From sequence record SRR22947727_488: a DNA stretch of 64,000 nt; one strand, written 5' to 3'. Under the pieces are notes generated by a model. That model had not been told where the DNA came from. It was given only the letters and a program-made list of their open reading frames with translations, and made no database searches. Positions 28,043-38,267 of the stretch are shown in pieces. The position numbers were made by a program, and so were the translations under genes. Position 1 is the first letter of the stretch. Every line of letters begins with the position of its first letter.

Positions 28043-28501
28043 ATGAAAACTACATCACCATCTGAATTAGAAGCATTGGTTGGAACAGAGATTGGGTCCA
28101 GCGAATGGTTAGAAATTGACCAAGATCGTATTAATACTTTCGCTGATGTGACTGAAGACCAACAATTTATCCATATAAATCAAGAGCTTGCTAAAAAAAC
28201 TCCTTTTGGCGGAACTATAGCACATGGTTTTTTGACTCTTTCTTTACTTTCACGTTTCTCCGAAGACTCCGGATTAGTTATTGAGGGCGTAAAGATGGGA
28301 ATTAACTATGGCTTTGAAAAAATAAGATTTCTTGCACCAGTTCCTAGTGGTTCAAAGGTAAGGGGGCGTTTTTTTCTGAAGTCGGTTGTAGAAAAAAAAG
28401 AAGGTAACTTTCTGATAACTTATCAAGTAAGTGTTGATATAGAAGGTTCTGATAAGCCGGCTTTAGTCGCAGATTGGCTTACTTTGCAGTTAACAAAATA
28501 A
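28043..28501 (+). CDS. MaoC/NodN-family dehydratase
   Basis: FADVTEDQQFIH, IAHGFLTLS, NYG..K.RF. Confidence 0.9.
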   Translation: MKTTSPSELEALVGTEIGSSEWLEIDQDRINTFADVTEDQQFIHINQELAKKTPFGGTIAHGFLTLSLLSRFSEDSGLVIEGVKMGINYGFEKIRFLAPVPSGSKVRGRFFLKSVVEKKEGNFLITYQVSVDIEGSDKPALVADWLTLQLTK

Positions 28502-28547
28502 TATAAACTACTGAAAAAAATAATTTCTTTAATTTTGTAAGTTTAAT

Positions 28548-29384
28548 ATGTCGAACTTTAACCCAATTTCAGGTCTTGCTCAAATAGCTGAAAACTATGA
28601 TGTCATTCTTTGTGATATATGGGGTGTTATCCATAATGGGTACACGCATAATAAATCTGCAACTGAAGCTTTAGAACTATTTCGTTCCGAAAATGGTCCA
28701 GTTATTTTAGTTTCTAATTCTCCTAAACCATCAGTATCTATTCCTATAGCTTTTGATGCTATTGGAGTTTATGGAGACTTTTACGATGCAATAGTTACTT
28801 CAGGGGATGCAATCATAAATGAAATTGCAAGGCGTGCTCCGGGTCCTGTTTTTAAACTAGGACCTGATCGAGATGATGTTCTTTATGAGAATATAGATCT
28901 TCATTATTCTGATATAGAAAATGCAAGTTTTATATCCTGCACTGGAATGTTTGATGATGATGATAAACCAGATGATTACCTAAAATTATTAACAGAAGGA
29001 AATAATAGATCATTACCTTTCATATGCGCTAACCCTGATGTAAAAGTTAAGGTTAATGGCAAAATAGTTTGGTGTGGCGGTGCATTAGCTAAAATCTATG
29101 AAAAATTAGGTGGTGAGGTAATTTATGCGGGAAAACCCCATGATCCAATATATAGTCTAACAAGGGCTTGGATGAAAGAATTACTTGGGTATGTACCGCC
29201 TTCTGATAGAATTCTTTGTATAGGTGACAATATTTTTACAGACTTACTGGGCGCGCAGGAACAAGATTACGATTGCCTTTTTATTCAAGATGGACTTTAC
29301 GGTGAGAAAGAAAATAAGCTTTCCTCCCTTTTACTTAATTATGGAATTTTATCGAAATATATGTCATCTAATTTATCTTGGTAA
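28548..29384 (+). CDS. HAD-superfamily class IIA hydrolase (TIGR01459-like)
   Basis: CDIWGVIHNG, ICANPD, GKPH, GD...TD. Confidence 0.88.
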   Translation: MSNFNPISGLAQIAENYDVILCDIWGVIHNGYTHNKSATEALELFRSENGPVILVSNSPKPSVSIPIAFDAIGVYGDFYDAIVTSGDAIINEIARRAPGPVFKLGPDRDDVLYENIDLHYSDIENASFISCTGMFDDDDKPDDYLKLLTEGNNRSLPFICANPDVKVKVNGKIVWCGGALAKIYEKLGGEVIYAGKPHDPIYSLTRAWMKELLGYVPPSDRILCIGDNIFTDLLGAQEQDYDCLFIQDGLYGEKENKLSSLLLNYGILSKYMSSNLSW

Positions 29385-29412
29385 ATCTACTGAGATAGGA
29401 TAAAGATTAATT

Positions 29413-29844
29413 ATGACGTCGAATATAAAATATTATTTAGAAGACCTCGAAGTTGGTATGAAGTCATCTACTAAATCAGTGATTACTGGTGATATGATTG
29501 ATGTTTTTGCTAAGATTACAGGAGATAATAACCCAATTCATGTGGATGCTGAATTTGCGGCAACAACTCAATTTGGACAACGTATAGCGCATGGAGCGTT
29601 ATCTGCGTCCTTTATATCCGCTGTTTTAGGCAATCAACTGCCTGGGCCCGGCGCTGTTTTTGTAGAGCTTAATTTACGTTTTCGAAAACCAGCTTTTATT
29701 GGAGATTTAGTCACAGCAGTAGCTGAAGTTTCTGAAATAAATTTTAGGACAGGACGTGTTAAAATGAAATGTTACTGTGAAGTTAATGGTAATAAAATAT
29801 GCCGCGGTGATGCTGGGGTATTTGTTTCTAAACGTCCAATATAA
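29413..29844 (+). CDS. (R)-specific enoyl-CoA hydratase, MaoC/PhaJ family
   Basis: GDNNPIH, RIAHG, LPGPG. Confidence 0.88.
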   Translation: MTSNIKYYLEDLEVGMKSSTKSVITGDMIDVFAKITGDNNPIHVDAEFAATTQFGQRIAHGALSASFISAVLGNQLPGPGAVFVELNLRFRKPAFIGDLVTAVAEVSEINFRTGRVKMKCYCEVNGNKICRGDAGVFVSKRPI

Positions 29845-29850
29845 TATAGC

Positions 29851-30789
29851 GTGAAAACTTTAAACGATTATAGAAATTTATCTAATGATGATAAAAATGC
29901 TGTTATTGCTCTAGGAAATTTTGATGGTCTTCATAGAGGTCACCAAGTTGTCATTTCAAAGGCTCTAGAAATTGCTAATACTTGTAATCTAAAAATGGGT
30001 ATAGGTTTATTTCGTCCACACCCTATAAAGTACTTTAAACCAGAAATTTCCCCTTTCCGTCTTATGAGCCCAAAAGTACGTGCAGAGATAATGATGAATT
30101 TAGGTGTCTCAAGACTTTATGAAATACCTTTTGATTCATGCCTTAGAGATATGAATGATGCACAATTTATAAAATCAGTATTGCATGAAGGTTTAGGTGC
30201 TAAGCATATTGTTGTTGGACAAGATTATAAATTTGGAAAAAACCGCTGTGGCAACGTCGAAAGTATGAAAAAATATTGTGCTTTTCATAATATAGGAGTC
30301 ACAATTATGGATACACTTGGACTACATAAAATATATGGAAAATATGGAAGTACTAATATTAGGAATGCTATTAAAACGGGTGATGTATTCCATGCCGCTC
30401 ATATGTTATCACGACCTTGGATAGTGGATGGTATTGTTAAGATGGGACGGCAATTAGGTCGAACTATTAAATTTCCAACAGCTAATTTAGAATTTGGTGA
30501 TTTAATAAGGCCTAAGTTGGGTGTTTACTGTGTTGAAGTTAAGCTACCTTATTCTAAATCATGGCTGCCTGCTATCGCTAATGCAGGAAAACGCCCGACT
30601 GTGGGTGGCGAGTTAACTCTTCTTGAAGTACATATATTCAATTTTGATGGTGATATATATAATCAAGAAATAAAAGTGCGTTTTAGAAGTTTTATCAGAC
30701 CAGAGAAGAAGTTTGCATCATTAAACGATTTAAAAGAGCAAATCCAAAAGGATTGTATTGGAGCTAAATTACTTTTTAATATTATATAA
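29851..30789 (+). CDS. ribF: bifunctional riboflavin kinase/FAD synthetase
   Basis: GNFDGLHRGH, GRTIKFPTAN, RPT, EVH, IRPEKKF. Confidence 0.95.
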   Translation: MKTLNDYRNLSNDDKNAVIALGNFDGLHRGHQVVISKALEIANTCNLKMGIGLFRPHPIKYFKPEISPFRLMSPKVRAEIMMNLGVSRLYEIPFDSCLRDMNDAQFIKSVLHEGLGAKHIVVGQDYKFGKNRCGNVESMKKYCAFHNIGVTIMDTLGLHKIYGKYGSTNIRNAIKTGDVFHAAHMLSRPWIVDGIVKMGRQLGRTIKFPTANLEFGDLIRPKLGVYCVEVKLPYSKSWLPAIANAGKRPTVGGELTLLEVHIFNFDGDIYNQEIKVRFRSFIRPEKKFASLNDLKEQIQKDCIGAKLLFNII

Positions 30790-30803
30790 GTTTAAGAGCA
30801 TTG

Positions 30804-32087
30804 TTATCTTGGTTTATTTATTGCTTGGTGACCTATATCTCTACGACAAAAGCCTTCATCCCATACTATGTCATTATCAATTGCATTGTACGCTTTTTCT
30901 AAAGCTTTAATTAATGTATCTGCTTGAGATGTTATATTTAAAACTCTTCCGCCTTCGGAACAAAGTTTACCATTTTCGTTGTATTTTGTTCCAGCATGAA
31001 ATACTACAACCTCGCCTTTTGCGTTAGCTTCATCTGTTCCTTTTATAATGCTTCCATTTAAGTATTTACCTGGGTAGCCTTTATTAGCTAATACAATATT
31101 TACTGTAGGTTTATTAGACCAAATAAGCTCTTTAATAATGTCAAGGTTTCCTTCTTCTGCTTTAAGAAAAATATCCATGAGATCAGAATCAAGCCGACGC
31201 ATTAGAACTTGGCACTCTGGATCACCAAAACGCGCATTATATTCTATTAGTTTTGGTCCTTCATTTGTGATCATAAGCCCAGCAAATAAAACTCCTAAAT
31301 ATGGATGACCATCAGCAGCCATACCCTTAACAGTTGGAATAATTATTTCATTCATTACTATATTTTGAATTTCATCATTGAAGACAGGTGTTGGAGAATA
31401 AGCACCCATTCCGCCAGTATTAGGACCTGTGTCGCCATCAAAAACTCGTTTGTGGTCTTGAGCAGCAATCAAAGGTAAAACATTTACTCCATCAGATATT
31501 GCAAAAAAGCTGGCTTCTTGTCCTTCCATAAATTCTTCAATCAGAACTTTAGAGGAAGCGTTGCCAAACTTTCCTGAAAATAATTCCTCCAGTTCACTAA
31601 TCGCGTCTTCTAATGTTTCCGGTAAGGAGACACCTTTACCGGCAGCTAGTCCGTCTGCTTTGAGGACATAAGGTGCTCGCATTCCTTTTAAATATGATTT
31701 AGCATCTTCTAGGTTATCAAAAACTCCATAGTCAGCGGTGGGTATATTATATTTTGAGCATAATTTTTTCGTAAATTCTTTAGAACTTTCTAGCTGAGCT
31801 GCTGATTGTGTTGGTCCAAAAACTTTTACCCCTATCTTTTTTAATTTATCAACAAGTCCCATAGCTAGTGGCTGTTCTGGTCCAATGATTACAAAGTCAT
31901 ATTGTTTTAAAAGTACATGCTCTATTATTTTATCTATTTCATGAACTTTAATTGGAAAGACTGATGCAATTTCTGAAATCCCAGCATTACCAGGAAGACA
32001 TGCAAGTTCAGATACTAATTTACTCTGATTTAATTTCCAGATTAATGAATGTTCTCTGCCGCCTGAACCTATCAATAAAACTTTCAT
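30804..32087 (-). CDS. purD: phosphoribosylamine--glycine ligase
   Basis: GSGGREH, KADGLAAGKGV, QDHKR, GPNTGGMGAYSP, EYNARFGDPE. Confidence 0.97.
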   Translation of the reverse strand: MKVLLIGSGGREHSLIWKLNQSKLVSELACLPGNAGISEIASVFPIKVHEIDKIIEHVLLKQYDFVIIGPEQPLAMGLVDKLKKIGVKVFGPTQSAAQLESSKEFTKKLCSKYNIPTADYGVFDNLEDAKSYLKGMRAPYVLKADGLAAGKGVSLPETLEDAISELEELFSGKFGNASSKVLIEEFMEGQEASFFAISDGVNVLPLIAAQDHKRVFDGDTGPNTGGMGAYSPTPVFNDEIQNIVMNEIIIPTVKGMAADGHPYLGVLFAGLMITNEGPKLIEYNARFGDPECQVLMRRLDSDLMDIFLKAEEGNLDIIKELIWSNKPTVNIVLANKGYPGKYLNGSIIKGTDEANAKGEVVVFHAGTKYNENGKLCSEGGRVLNITSQADTLIKALEKAYNAIDNDIVWDEGFCRRDIGHQAINKPR

Positions 32088-32161
32088 TATTTATCCTAAT
32101 CTAAAGATTCCATTATTTTTTTTTTAATGTATATGTTAATTATAAATTTTGAAAGATATAC

Positions 32162-33634
32162 GTGTCAGAACATTCAAATAAATTCAGAGAAAATATTAAA
32201 GAGTATTCAGTTTCCGAGCTAGCTTACTCTTTAAAGCAAACTGTTGAAGATATGTATGGTCATGTAAGAGTTCGCGGTGAATTAGGGCGGGTTACAATTG
32301 CTAAATCTGGTCATTGCTATCTTGATATAAAAGATAATAAATCAGTAATAAATTCAATTCTTTGGAAAGGAACCATGAATGATCTTACCGTTAAGTTAGA
32401 GGAAGGGATGGCGGTTATATGCGAGGGTAAACTTTCAACTTACCCAGGTAGGTCTAATTACCAATTAATAATTAGTTCTATTCAACTTGCAGGTGAGGGT
32501 GCTCTTTTAGCCCTGTTAGAGAAAAGAAAAAAAATGTTTTCGGATGAAGGTGTTTTTGATTCAAGTAAAAAAATTAAATTACCCTATATGCCTAAGAGTA
32601 TTGGAGTGATTACTTCTCCTACTGGTGCTGTCATACAGGATATTTTACATCGAATTTCTGAAAGGTTTCCTGTGAATGTAATTTTATGGCCTGTCTTAGT
32701 GCAAGGCGATAAAGCAGCTAAGCAAATTTCTGACGCAATCATGGGGTTTAATAGTGGTTTGGAAATACCTCGCCCTGACTTACTAATCGTGGCTAGAGGA
32801 GGTGGATCTATAGAAGACCTTTGGTGTTTCAATGAAGAAATTGTGGTGAGATCAGCTTCGTTGTCCAAAATACCAATAATATCTGCTGTTGGACATGAGA
32901 CTGATTGGACTTTGATGGACTATGTTGCAGATTATAGATCACCAACCCCCACCGGAGCAGGTGAAAAAGCTGTACCAGTATTAGTTGATTTAAAAAATAA
33001 TATATCAGAACTTGAAAGCCGTTTGTTTCGAAGTTTAAGTCGGAATATTAAGGAAAAAAAAATAGCATTAGCTTCTTCCAAATTACCGCGAATAGATAGT
33101 ATATTAGCTCATCCGCAACAAAGTTTTGATTTAATATTAGCAAAGATGGTTAAACCGAAAGTAATATTTGAACCATTCATTCAAAAATTCTCTTTGATAT
33201 CCTCTAAAATCCCAAATATTGAGACATTGATTGATAGACAGTTAAGTGACTTAATTAATTTATCCTTGAGGTTAAATGAACAACCTATAAAGAGAAATAT
33301 TTCTGTTCAGGAAGAAAGAGTCACACTAATATTTGGCCGAATAACAAATGCAATAATTAATAAAATCACCAATGTAAGTCAAAAGCTCTCCAGTGATAGT
33401 CAGTTACTTGATGCTTATAGCTATCAAAGAGTGTTGGATAGAGGCTATGTCATTGTTGATGACGGCAACGGAAATATAATTAGAACTAAAAGTCAGATTG
33501 AGCCAAATAGTGAAATTGTTATGTCTTTTTCTGATGGTAAAATAAATGCAATAATTAGTGATAGAAAAGAAAAAATTAAGAAATTAATTACTAAAAAGAG
33601 AACACATAATTCTGAACAGACTGATTTATTTTAG
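32162..33634 (+). CDS. xseA: exodeoxyribonuclease VII large subunit
   Basis: SGHCY, ITSPTGA, VQG, ARGGGS.EDL, SAVGHETD, TPTGA. Confidence 0.95.
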   Translation: MSEHSNKFRENIKEYSVSELAYSLKQTVEDMYGHVRVRGELGRVTIAKSGHCYLDIKDNKSVINSILWKGTMNDLTVKLEEGMAVICEGKLSTYPGRSNYQLIISSIQLAGEGALLALLEKRKKMFSDEGVFDSSKKIKLPYMPKSIGVITSPTGAVIQDILHRISERFPVNVILWPVLVQGDKAAKQISDAIMGFNSGLEIPRPDLLIVARGGGSIEDLWCFNEEIVVRSASLSKIPIISAVGHETDWTLMDYVADYRSPTPTGAGEKAVPVLVDLKNNISELESRLFRSLSRNIKEKKIALASSKLPRIDSILAHPQQSFDLILAKMVKPKVIFEPFIQKFSLISSKIPNIETLIDRQLSDLINLSLRLNEQPIKRNISVQEERVTLIFGRITNAIINKITNVSQKLSSDSQLLDAYSYQRVLDRGYVIVDDGNGNIIRTKSQIEPNSEIVMSFSDGKINAIISDRKEKIKKLITKKRTHNSEQTDLF

Positions 33635-33673
33635 TCATTTTTTATACTTTTAAGAGATAAGGGTAGGCTATAT

Positions 33674-33880
33674 ATGGATTTATCATTTAAAAATTCTGGT
33701 GAAGCAAAGGTTCATTATGGGGAATCAGACTTTACAATATTAAAGGACGGTATTTTTGTGTTTTGTGCTATAACAAAAGAAAAAATACCTCTGCATTCAT
33801 TGCGTTACTGGAGTTCTATAAAACAAGAGGCATATAAAGATGCGCAAGCTAGTTTAGTGGCTTGGAAAAAGGATCATTAA
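33674..33880 (+). CDS. DUF2093-family small protein
   Basis: EAKVHY...DF, CAIT...IPL..LRYWS...QEAY; typical position near xseA. Confidence 0.8.
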   Translation: MDLSFKNSGEAKVHYGESDFTILKDGIFVFCAITKEKIPLHSLRYWSSIKQEAYKDAQASLVAWKKDH

Positions 33881-34797
33881 AAGTGTTTTTTCTTACTTTT
33901 CTATCATATTATTTATTATCCAATGTGTTCAATTTTAACGATATGCTTTCAGGCCATTCTATCATGAAGTCAATCAGTTTGGATTTAAATGTTAGTTCTA
34001 AAGATTACCTATCCAAACAAACAGTTCTAGATGAAATATCATGTAAGGGTATTTTAGAGCAGGGAGGAATGGTGTTTTGTAAAACTAAACCTAATACCAA
34101 AGTTAAAATTGGAAGGAGTATTTCTGACTTTTATTATGAAACTTCAAGCTCTGATGGAAATATTATAATAGGTTTTGATCGCGATGAACGAGATAATTTT
34201 GTAGAGGTTAATGGGCACCGTTTAGATTTCATTATACCCAAACGAGATTATTCAATATCTAAAATTGACGGTTTACCACCATCTCAAGTTTCAAGTTTTA
34301 ATGAAGAACAATTAAAAAAAATAAAAATAAGTTCTAGAAAAAAAACTCAAGGTTTTGCTTCAAGACAAACTAAAATGGGGTTTAAAAATGGATTTATTAA
34401 CCCACTCAAAAATATGAATAAAACATCTCCTTTTGGTTCTCAACGTATTTTGAATGGAATTACTAAAAAGCCTCATTATGGAGTTGATATTGCGGCTGAA
34501 ATTGGAACAAAAATATATGCTCCAGCTGACGGGGTAATAAGTTTATCAGACGATGATTTGTATTTTGAGGGTTCAATGGTTTTGATCGATCATGGACAGG
34601 GATTAATATCCATGTACCTTCATACTGAAAAAAACTTAGTTTTTGAAGGTGAACATGTTAAACAAGGGCAATTAATAGCAACGGTTGGGTCAAAAGGCCG
34701 CTCAACAGGGCCACATTTGTGCTGGAGATTAAAGTGGCGTAACCGTAATCTAGATCCTGAGATTCTAACAAGTTGGCCCAAAGATGATAAAAAATAA
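33862..34797 (+). CDS. M23 family metallopeptidase
   Basis: HYGVD, DHG.G..S.YLH, STGPHL; N-terminal hydrophobic segment. Confidence 0.88.
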   Translation: MEKGSLKVFFLTFLSYYLLSNVFNFNDMLSGHSIMKSISLDLNVSSKDYLSKQTVLDEISCKGILEQGGMVFCKTKPNTKVKIGRSISDFYYETSSSDGNIIIGFDRDERDNFVEVNGHRLDFIIPKRDYSISKIDGLPPSQVSSFNEEQLKKIKISSRKKTQGFASRQTKMGFKNGFINPLKNMNKTSPFGSQRILNGITKKPHYGVDIAAEIGTKIYAPADGVISLSDDDLYFEGSMVLIDHGQGLISMYLHTEKNLVFEGEHVKQGQLIATVGSKGRSTGPHLCWRLKWRNRNLDPEILTSWPKDDKK

Positions 34798-35104
34798 TTA
34801 TAGCCCACAAAACTGTAATAATATGACCGAAGTTAGATTGGGTGTAGATAGATTAGACAAAAAATTAGTGAGGATTTTAGCTGAACGCCAGCGATATATG
34901 ACTGCTGCTGCTCGTATTAAGAATAAGAGAGATGATGTAAGAGATACTGCTCGTATTGAAGATGTTATTAGTAAAGTTCTTGAAGAAGCTAAAGTACAGG
35001 GCTTGTCTAGGGAAATAGCTGAAACAGTTTGGCGTAATTTGATAGAAGCATCAATATCATATGAGTTTAAGCAATGGGATGCTATAAACACCAAAGCTAA
35101 TTAG
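34784..35104 (+). CDS. chorismate mutase (AroQ/PchB-like)
   Basis: VR..VD.LD, R...M.AAARIK, RD..RIE.V. Confidence 0.85.
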   Translation: MIKNNYSPQNCNNMTEVRLGVDRLDKKLVRILAERQRYMTAAARIKNKRDDVRDTARIEDVISKVLEEAKVQGLSREIAETVWRNLIEASISYEFKQWDAINTKAN

Positions 35105-35108
35105 CTAA

Positions 35109-35990
35109 TTATTTATAGTGTATATTAGGCCAACGTTTATGAGCCCAGAACCATTGATCTGGATTTTCCTTTACTCTATCTTCAAAGAACCTATTTATTT
35201 GAATGACACCATTTTCTACATCTAAAGATTTATTACGAGTCCTAATAAAATTTATGGGTTCATAAAAATTTATAGTGAATTTGGATTTATTTCTCTGAAC
35301 TATTACAGGTATGAGAGGTAAATCTGTTTTCAAGGCTAGCCTTACAAACCCTTGAGATGTCATAGCATTAACACCAAAGAAAGGAACGCTTATACCTTCA
35401 TTGAATTTTTGATCATTTAACATTGCGATACTTTGATTATTTTTAAGTGCTTTTAATAAATTTCGAGCACTTGTTTGGCCTGATTTTTGTATTAAAAATT
35501 TTGCACCATTCTTCTCTCTTTGTTTTCGAATCCGAGAGTCAACATAGGGGTTATTTAATTTGCGGTAAGTTATCTGTACTGGAAGCTTTGTTTCAACTAA
35601 AAGGCTTAATATTATTTCCCAATTTGCAAAATGACCTGAAATAAATAATGCCGGAGTGTTTTTTACTGCTTTATGCAAACCGTTAACAGATATATTTTTA
35701 TTATCTATTATTTTAATTTTATGTGATACTGGGAATTCTGCAAAAGTTCTACCTATATTATCCCACTGTCTCAATACTAGATTGTTTATTTCTTTTTCTG
35801 ATTTTTCAGGAAAAGCTATTTTTAGGCCTGTTCGTACAATTTTATTTTTGTTTGTCATGGGTCCGATTAATTTAAAAAGAACAGCCCCTAAACTAGAAAC
35901 TATATTAAATGGTAATATTCTAAAAAATAGACTTATAATATCGTATATTATTGCCTCGAGTCTCCAAATTATTTTAGCTTTTAAATTCAT
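35109..35990 (-). CDS. lipid A late acyltransferase (LpxL/HtrB family)
   Basis: HFANWE, DQK, VPFFG, PDQWFWAHKRW. Confidence 0.88.
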   Translation of the reverse strand: MNLKAKIIWRLEAIIYDIISLFFRILPFNIVSSLGAVLFKLIGPMTNKNKIVRTGLKIAFPEKSEKEINNLVLRQWDNIGRTFAEFPVSHKIKIIDNKNISVNGLHKAVKNTPALFISGHFANWEIILSLLVETKLPVQITYRKLNNPYVDSRIRKQREKNGAKFLIQKSGQTSARNLLKALKNNQSIAMLNDQKFNEGISVPFFGVNAMTSQGFVRLALKTDLPLIPVIVQRNKSKFTINFYEPINFIRTRNKSLDVENGVIQINRFFEDRVKENPDQWFWAHKRWPNIHYK

Positions 35991-36988
35991 CTTTTTCTGT
36001 GTAACTTAATAAAGGGATGTAGCAGGCGCCTTAATGTTAACTCATCTTCAAAATGTACTGATACTGGCCATTTATGAACACCTTTACGATATCCTTTGGG
36101 GAGGCGGACGTAATCTTTTTCAGTTGTAATCAATGATGCTCCATATTCTGATGCTAATACAAATAAATTTTCTATATCTATATCTTTATACTGATAATGA
36201 TTTGAATATGAGATTGCTTCTATAATATTTCCTCCATAATTGCGTAAACTATCAAAAAATTTATTTGGTCTTCCTATTCCCGAAAATGCGTATAATTTTC
36301 CTTTTGGTAAAATAGAGGTTGGTTTTAAATAAGCATGAATTAGAACTTTATCTCTTAATTGTCTTAATAAAAAAGAATCTGGTTTATAGTCTTTATTTGG
36401 CTTCATCAGTATAATCGCATCACTTCGTTTTAGCGATTCATTTAAGTTTTCACGTAATGGTCCCGCCGGAAAAATTTTTCCATTACCAAAACCAATTTCA
36501 GCATCCACTACAAGTAATGATAATGATTTTTTGAGTAATTGGTTTTGATGACCATCATCCATTATAATAATAGATGCTCCATTACTTACCGCGGCTTTAG
36601 CGCCGTCATCTTTTCCAGCTGAAACCCATACTGGAGCATGTTCTGCCAGCAATAATGGTTCATCTCCTACATCGATAGATGTATGTTTATCATTTAAGAG
36701 TATTGGCCCTTTTTCTTGACCGCCATATCCTCTTGTTAAGCCAACTGCATTTAACCCTAAACGCCTTAAGCTTTTTAATATATAAATAGTAACCGGAGTT
36801 TTACCTGTGCCACCCAGGGTTGCGTTTCCGACACATATGACAGGAACTCCAGAATCATACTCAATTGAGTTATTTATACTTTTTGATACAAATTTGCCAT
36901 ATATCCAACCTATAGGCGATAAAATTGTTCTTATTACTGGGGCTGATTCACGTCCACTTTTATGATTCCAGAACTCAGGGGCTTTCAT
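35987..36988 (-). CDS. lpxK: tetraacyldisaccharide 4'-kinase
   Basis: VGN..LGGTGKTP, RGYGG, GDEP, MDDG.Q, PAGPLRE, TTEKD. Confidence 0.95.
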   Translation of the reverse strand: MKAPEFWNHKSGRESAPVIRTILSPIGWIYGKFVSKSINNSIEYDSGVPVICVGNATLGGTGKTPVTIYILKSLRRLGLNAVGLTRGYGGQEKGPILLNDKHTSIDVGDEPLLLAEHAPVWVSAGKDDGAKAAVSNGASIIIMDDGHQNQLLKKSLSLLVVDAEIGFGNGKIFPAGPLRENLNESLKRSDAIILMKPNKDYKPDSFLLRQLRDKVLIHAYLKPTSILPKGKLYAFSGIGRPNKFFDSLRNYGGNIIEAISYSNHYQYKDIDIENLFVLASEYGASLITTEKDYVRLPKGYRKGVHKWPVSVHFEDELTLRRLLHPFIKLHRKR

Positions 36989-38265
36989 ATTTTAGGCTCT
37001 GAAATTATCTGGCTTAGTTTATTCCAAGTTGAGTCTAAAATAGAAATTTGATTATTAACAAAGTTTTGAGCTAACTTCTGCTTTTTTTTAAGCTTGTTTG
37101 GATTTGACAATAGTTCACTCACATGTTTCTCAATATCATCACCCAACAATATACTAGTAGCTGCTTTTGAATCAAGCATAGACATATATGTGTCATAAAA
37201 ACTATCAAAATGAATACCCGTTAAAATAGCATTGGAAAAGTGAGCGGGTTCGATAGGGTTGTGCCCTTTTAACCCTTTGATTAATGAACCGCATACCAAA
37301 GTTATTTTTGATAATGAATAAGCCAAACCCATATCACCAATTGTATCAATAAGGTAGATATCTGTTTTGTTTGTGATTGCATCCTCATGGGAATGAATTG
37401 AAACTGATAAATCACCCATTTGTTTAAGTACACTTTTAGCCCTTTCGGGGTGTCTTAGCGACATTATTATCAATAGGTTTGGAAATTTTTCTCTTAATTT
37501 TTTATGCGCGCTTATGATATATTTTTCTTCACCTTTGTGTGTACTTGCTGCGCACCAAACAAGACGATTTCCAATTTGAGTCTTTAATTTTTCATGATTT
37601 ATTTTATTAACTGAAAGACAAGAGGTGTTAGACTTTAAGTTTCCTAGATATTGAACTTTATCACCTATAATACTTTTTAAAAAATTGTGAGTATTTTTAT
37701 CTCCAGATATGATAAGATCAAAGTAACCAAATATTATTTGTGCTGTCTTGTTAATAAGGCCCCATGTCTTGATTGACTTTTTAGAAAAACGTCCATTTAT
37801 AAGTGCAATGGGTATATTTTTTGATTTTGTTTTTGTTAAAAGATTTGGCCATATTTCAGACTCTGTAATTATAAGTATATCAGGCTCCCAGTAGTCTACA
37901 AATGAATTTACAGCTTTAGGAATATCGAGGGGTATATATTGGTGATATGTGTTAGGAAGATGATTTTTGGCAATTAAATCAGCAGATGATCGCGTTGCAC
38001 TGGTAATAAGAAAGAAAGTATCTGGGTAATCAGATACTATTTTTGGGATTAATGGGAATAATGTCTTTACTTCTCCTACACTGGCACCATGTAACCAAAT
38101 TATTTTTTTTTTCGGGTGAACAATAGTTGGATAACCAAATCTTTCTTTTATTCTATGGCATTCCTCTTTTCCTCTAAGGAGCCTATATTTTATCCATATC
38201 CATAAAACTGGACTCATTAAAATCATAAAATATCTATATACATGAAGTAGAAAATTTCTTTCCAT
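36985..38265 (-). CDS. waaA: Kdo transferase
   Basis: WLHGASVGE, ESEIWPN, GNLK, ASTH.GEE, RHPER, GHNPIEP; start moved to ATG 38265 to avoid overlap. Confidence 0.93.
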   Translation of the reverse strand: MERNFLLHVYRYFMILMSPVLWIWIKYRLLRGKEECHRIKERFGYPTIVHPKKKIIWLHGASVGEVKTLFPLIPKIVSDYPDTFFLITSATRSSADLIAKNHLPNTYHQYIPLDIPKAVNSFVDYWEPDILIITESEIWPNLLTKTKSKNIPIALINGRFSKKSIKTWGLINKTAQIIFGYFDLIISGDKNTHNFLKSIIGDKVQYLGNLKSNTSCLSVNKINHEKLKTQIGNRLVWCAASTHKGEEKYIISAHKKLREKFPNLLIIMSLRHPERAKSVLKQMGDLSVSIHSHEDAITNKTDIYLIDTIGDMGLAYSLSKITLVCGSLIKGLKGHNPIEPAHFSNAILTGIHFDSFYDTYMSMLDSKAATSILLGDDIEKHVSELLSNPNKLKKKQKLAQNFVNNQISILDSTWNKLSQIISEPKI

Positions 38266-38267
38266 TT

